From an uncultured Elusimicrobia bacterium (GTDB taxonomy: Bacteria; Elusimicrobiota; Elusimicrobia; F11), in the NCBI GenBank assembly GCA_964405835.1, contig CAYOPN010000001.1, positions 51,502-115,501 on the forward strand: a stretch of 64,000 bases of DNA, read 5' to 3'. A model generated the notes under the pieces. The model saw nothing but the letters and a program-made list of their open reading frames with translations, had not been told where the DNA came from and searched no databases. Each line of letters begins with the position of its first letter. Positions within the stretch are counted from its first letter, which is position 1. Below are positions 47,801-50,800 of this stretch, one piece after another. The position numbers were made by a program, and so were the translations under genes.

Positions 47801-50800
47801 AATTGTCGACGGCCGTGATGCAATTAACGCCCGAATCGGCCACCCAGGAAGAAGAAACCGCGACCCAATATTGCGTTGACGGAACGGTGCGCCGCAGACG
47901 GAAGTAAACGGATTTGCTGGCGCCGGTCAGAGCATCGGCATCATCCGCCGCCGTTCCGGAAATAATAGGAAGGCCATTTTTATAAGCGACGTCCGGCATC
48001 CGAACGGAAGCGGTTGGCGCTCCATCATCGACATAGAACGTAAGCGGGCCTTGCGGAGGACTTTCGGTCGGTGAACCGGTGGCGCGCGCCTCCAATTGGT
48101 AGCGATTTAAACTGGTCCAGGAACTGCTCGGGACCGTATAGGTCCAGGTCGGCGGCGACGCAAAATTTGCGCTTTGCCAGCCGGTGATGCTGGTGCTGGC
48201 CACCCAAATCAAACCGTTCCACACCAAATGGCTAGATGAATTGCTGGTGTCTTTAAGACGAATTTCAACGCCGGTGGCCGTGGGATTGTTGGCGGTACCC
48301 GAGAGCGTGACAAGACCGGATTTGTAATGCGGGTTGGTGTTTTCAGGTTTCTGAATAACAGAGACCGGCACTGGCGGGACCCAACTGAAGGAAATACGGT
48401 TCGTATTGGCGCCGGCCGATGTTGGCAGCGATTCGGCATTGGACGCAATGTCCACCGCCGCGGCCAGAATGTGATAATCGCCCGTCACCGGGAAGGTGGG
48501 CGTGGATGCCCCGCTCGCGATCCAGTTAATGGGGCTCCCTGCCGAGGTTGTAGCCGCCACCCAATAATTGGAAGACGTGGAAGGCGCGTCCACCGGCAAA
48601 CCCGCGGAGTCCGCCAAATTAAATGTGCCGGTGGTTGTTTTGTTCCACCAGGCGTTCTGCGTGACGCCGTAAAAAGCCAGCAACACGCGCGACACACCGG
48701 AAGGACCATTGTCTATGGCCGTTCCCGTTACATTGGCCAAGCTGGAAATGGATCCGCCATGGGGCGGGCCTGTAATAACCGAGGCCGGAGATGCAAAATC
48801 CGCTGAAAATACAACGGTCGAGTACGACAGGTCAAAATTCAACGCCGTGTCGCGCGCGCGCGCGTTCGCTTCGTAAGTTTCACCGGTCGTCCAAGCCGCG
48901 GTGGACAACGTCCATGTCCAGGGACCACTGCCTGCGGGCGTCACGTTGTTCCACGTGTTCGAGGTTGCATCCACAACCCAGCTACCTGGCAAGCCGCCGC
49001 TGATATCCAAGAATCGATTGTCCGAATACCGGCGAACGCGCACCCGAACCTGGTTGACCACGCCCGCCCCGGTGTCCGACGCCGTTCCGGCAATATTTCC
49101 AGATTGAGAAATATAACCCGCAGCTACCGGGAAAGTGATCCCGGTGTCAGGAGCGGTCGTATCGTAGACGAATGTTTTTGTCGATAATTGAATAGCCGAT
49201 TGATTGTCCGCTTGATCTCTCGCTTTGGCACGCACATCATACGCCGTGTCGACCGTCCATTCTCCACCCGGCGGCATGGCGAAGGTAAACGGCTCGTCAA
49301 TTTCATCAAAAGCACCGTCGTCGGCCGTGGCCGCTGGCCACGATGGCGAGGGTTCGGATCCATCCCACGCGCCGCCCGTCCAATACGATGTTGTGCCATT
49401 GGAGTTAAAGCGGCGAATCAAGACAGTGACATTTTGGAGTTTGCCCCCCGTATTATCTTCACCGGTTCCAAGAACGTTGGTAAGAACACTGCTGGTGTGG
49501 ATTCCATTTACGGGGGAACTAATAATAGCGCGAGGACGCTCCGGATCGGTGTCTTGATAACGATCCAGCGTAAAAGTAACGGTGGAAGGGCTCACTTCGA
49601 TATTGCTTGCCCAATCTTTCCCACGGACAATGAACCGGATTTGTTTGCCTGAAAAACTGGTGAGAGAAGGAAGATTGATTGTCCACGTTCCACTGGCGCT
49701 GCTGACACCCGCAGCGGAGGTGAACGTGGTGGTAGACCAATAGGCCGAACTCGCTGGGTCCGCGATGTCCTCTTCTTCGTCTCCGGTGGAACCATTCCAC
49801 GCACCTGTTTGCCAGTTGTACGTCACGTCGTCGGGCGCCGGGCGATAAAGGTGCACGTAAACGTTGCTGACCTGGCCGGGATTTAGGCCCGATGTTCCGA
49901 TATCCGAGGCGGTGCCTTGCAGCGTGGTTAAAGAGGATCGATAACTATTATTGGAGACATTTGTTATCCGCGAAACGGGTTTCTCATTATCAAAAGTAAA
50001 CTTGATCAGGGTTCCGCCCACTCCATCGGTTTCTTCGTTACCAGCAAAATCTTCGGCGCGAGAGCGGACCCAATATACTTGTCCATTATCAAAGGAAATG
50101 TGCGTCGTTGAAGTGGAGAAATTCGGAAGATTAGAAAATGCCGGAAACCAATTTTCCGATCCAAAAGCATTCCATCCATTAACACTCCAATACGTTCCAT
50201 TGCCGGTTCCGATGGCGCCCCCGCGTTTAATGTACATGTCCACGGATTGCACAATTCCAGGAGACGTGTCATCGGTCGGATCCGGCGGCTGCGCTCCTCC
50301 CAAACTGGTGATGCTGTTATAGGCGCTGTTGTTCGTCAACGTGCCGGGGCCGCTGGCGTTACGATCATTTAACGTGGAAGTTGGGTCAATGGTATCGTAT
50401 GTGAAAGTTTTTGACTGGTTGGAGGATGCAGAGTTGCCGCTGTTATTTAAAGCGTCGGTCGCCCGTACGGTCACTGTGTAATCAAGTCCGTTTTGGAACC
50501 CGATGCCGCCGGGCAACGTATAGCTCCAATTACTTCCGGAAACAAAGGCCCCGGCCACCCACGTTGAAGCCGCCACCCACGCCCCGGCACCATCTCCATC
50601 CCAATACCGCGTTCCGCCGCCGGTGCCACTGGAAATTTGGAATTCAACGCTGGCCACCGCAACTTGGTTGTCGCTAACACTCGCCGAGAGGGTAGTCAAT
50701 GACATATTGCGATAAGCTTCAGTGGGGTTGGTTACTTGTGCATTCGGAGCGAGAATATCCACGTTAAAGGTCGTCGATGATCGCGCCCCCGCAAATATGA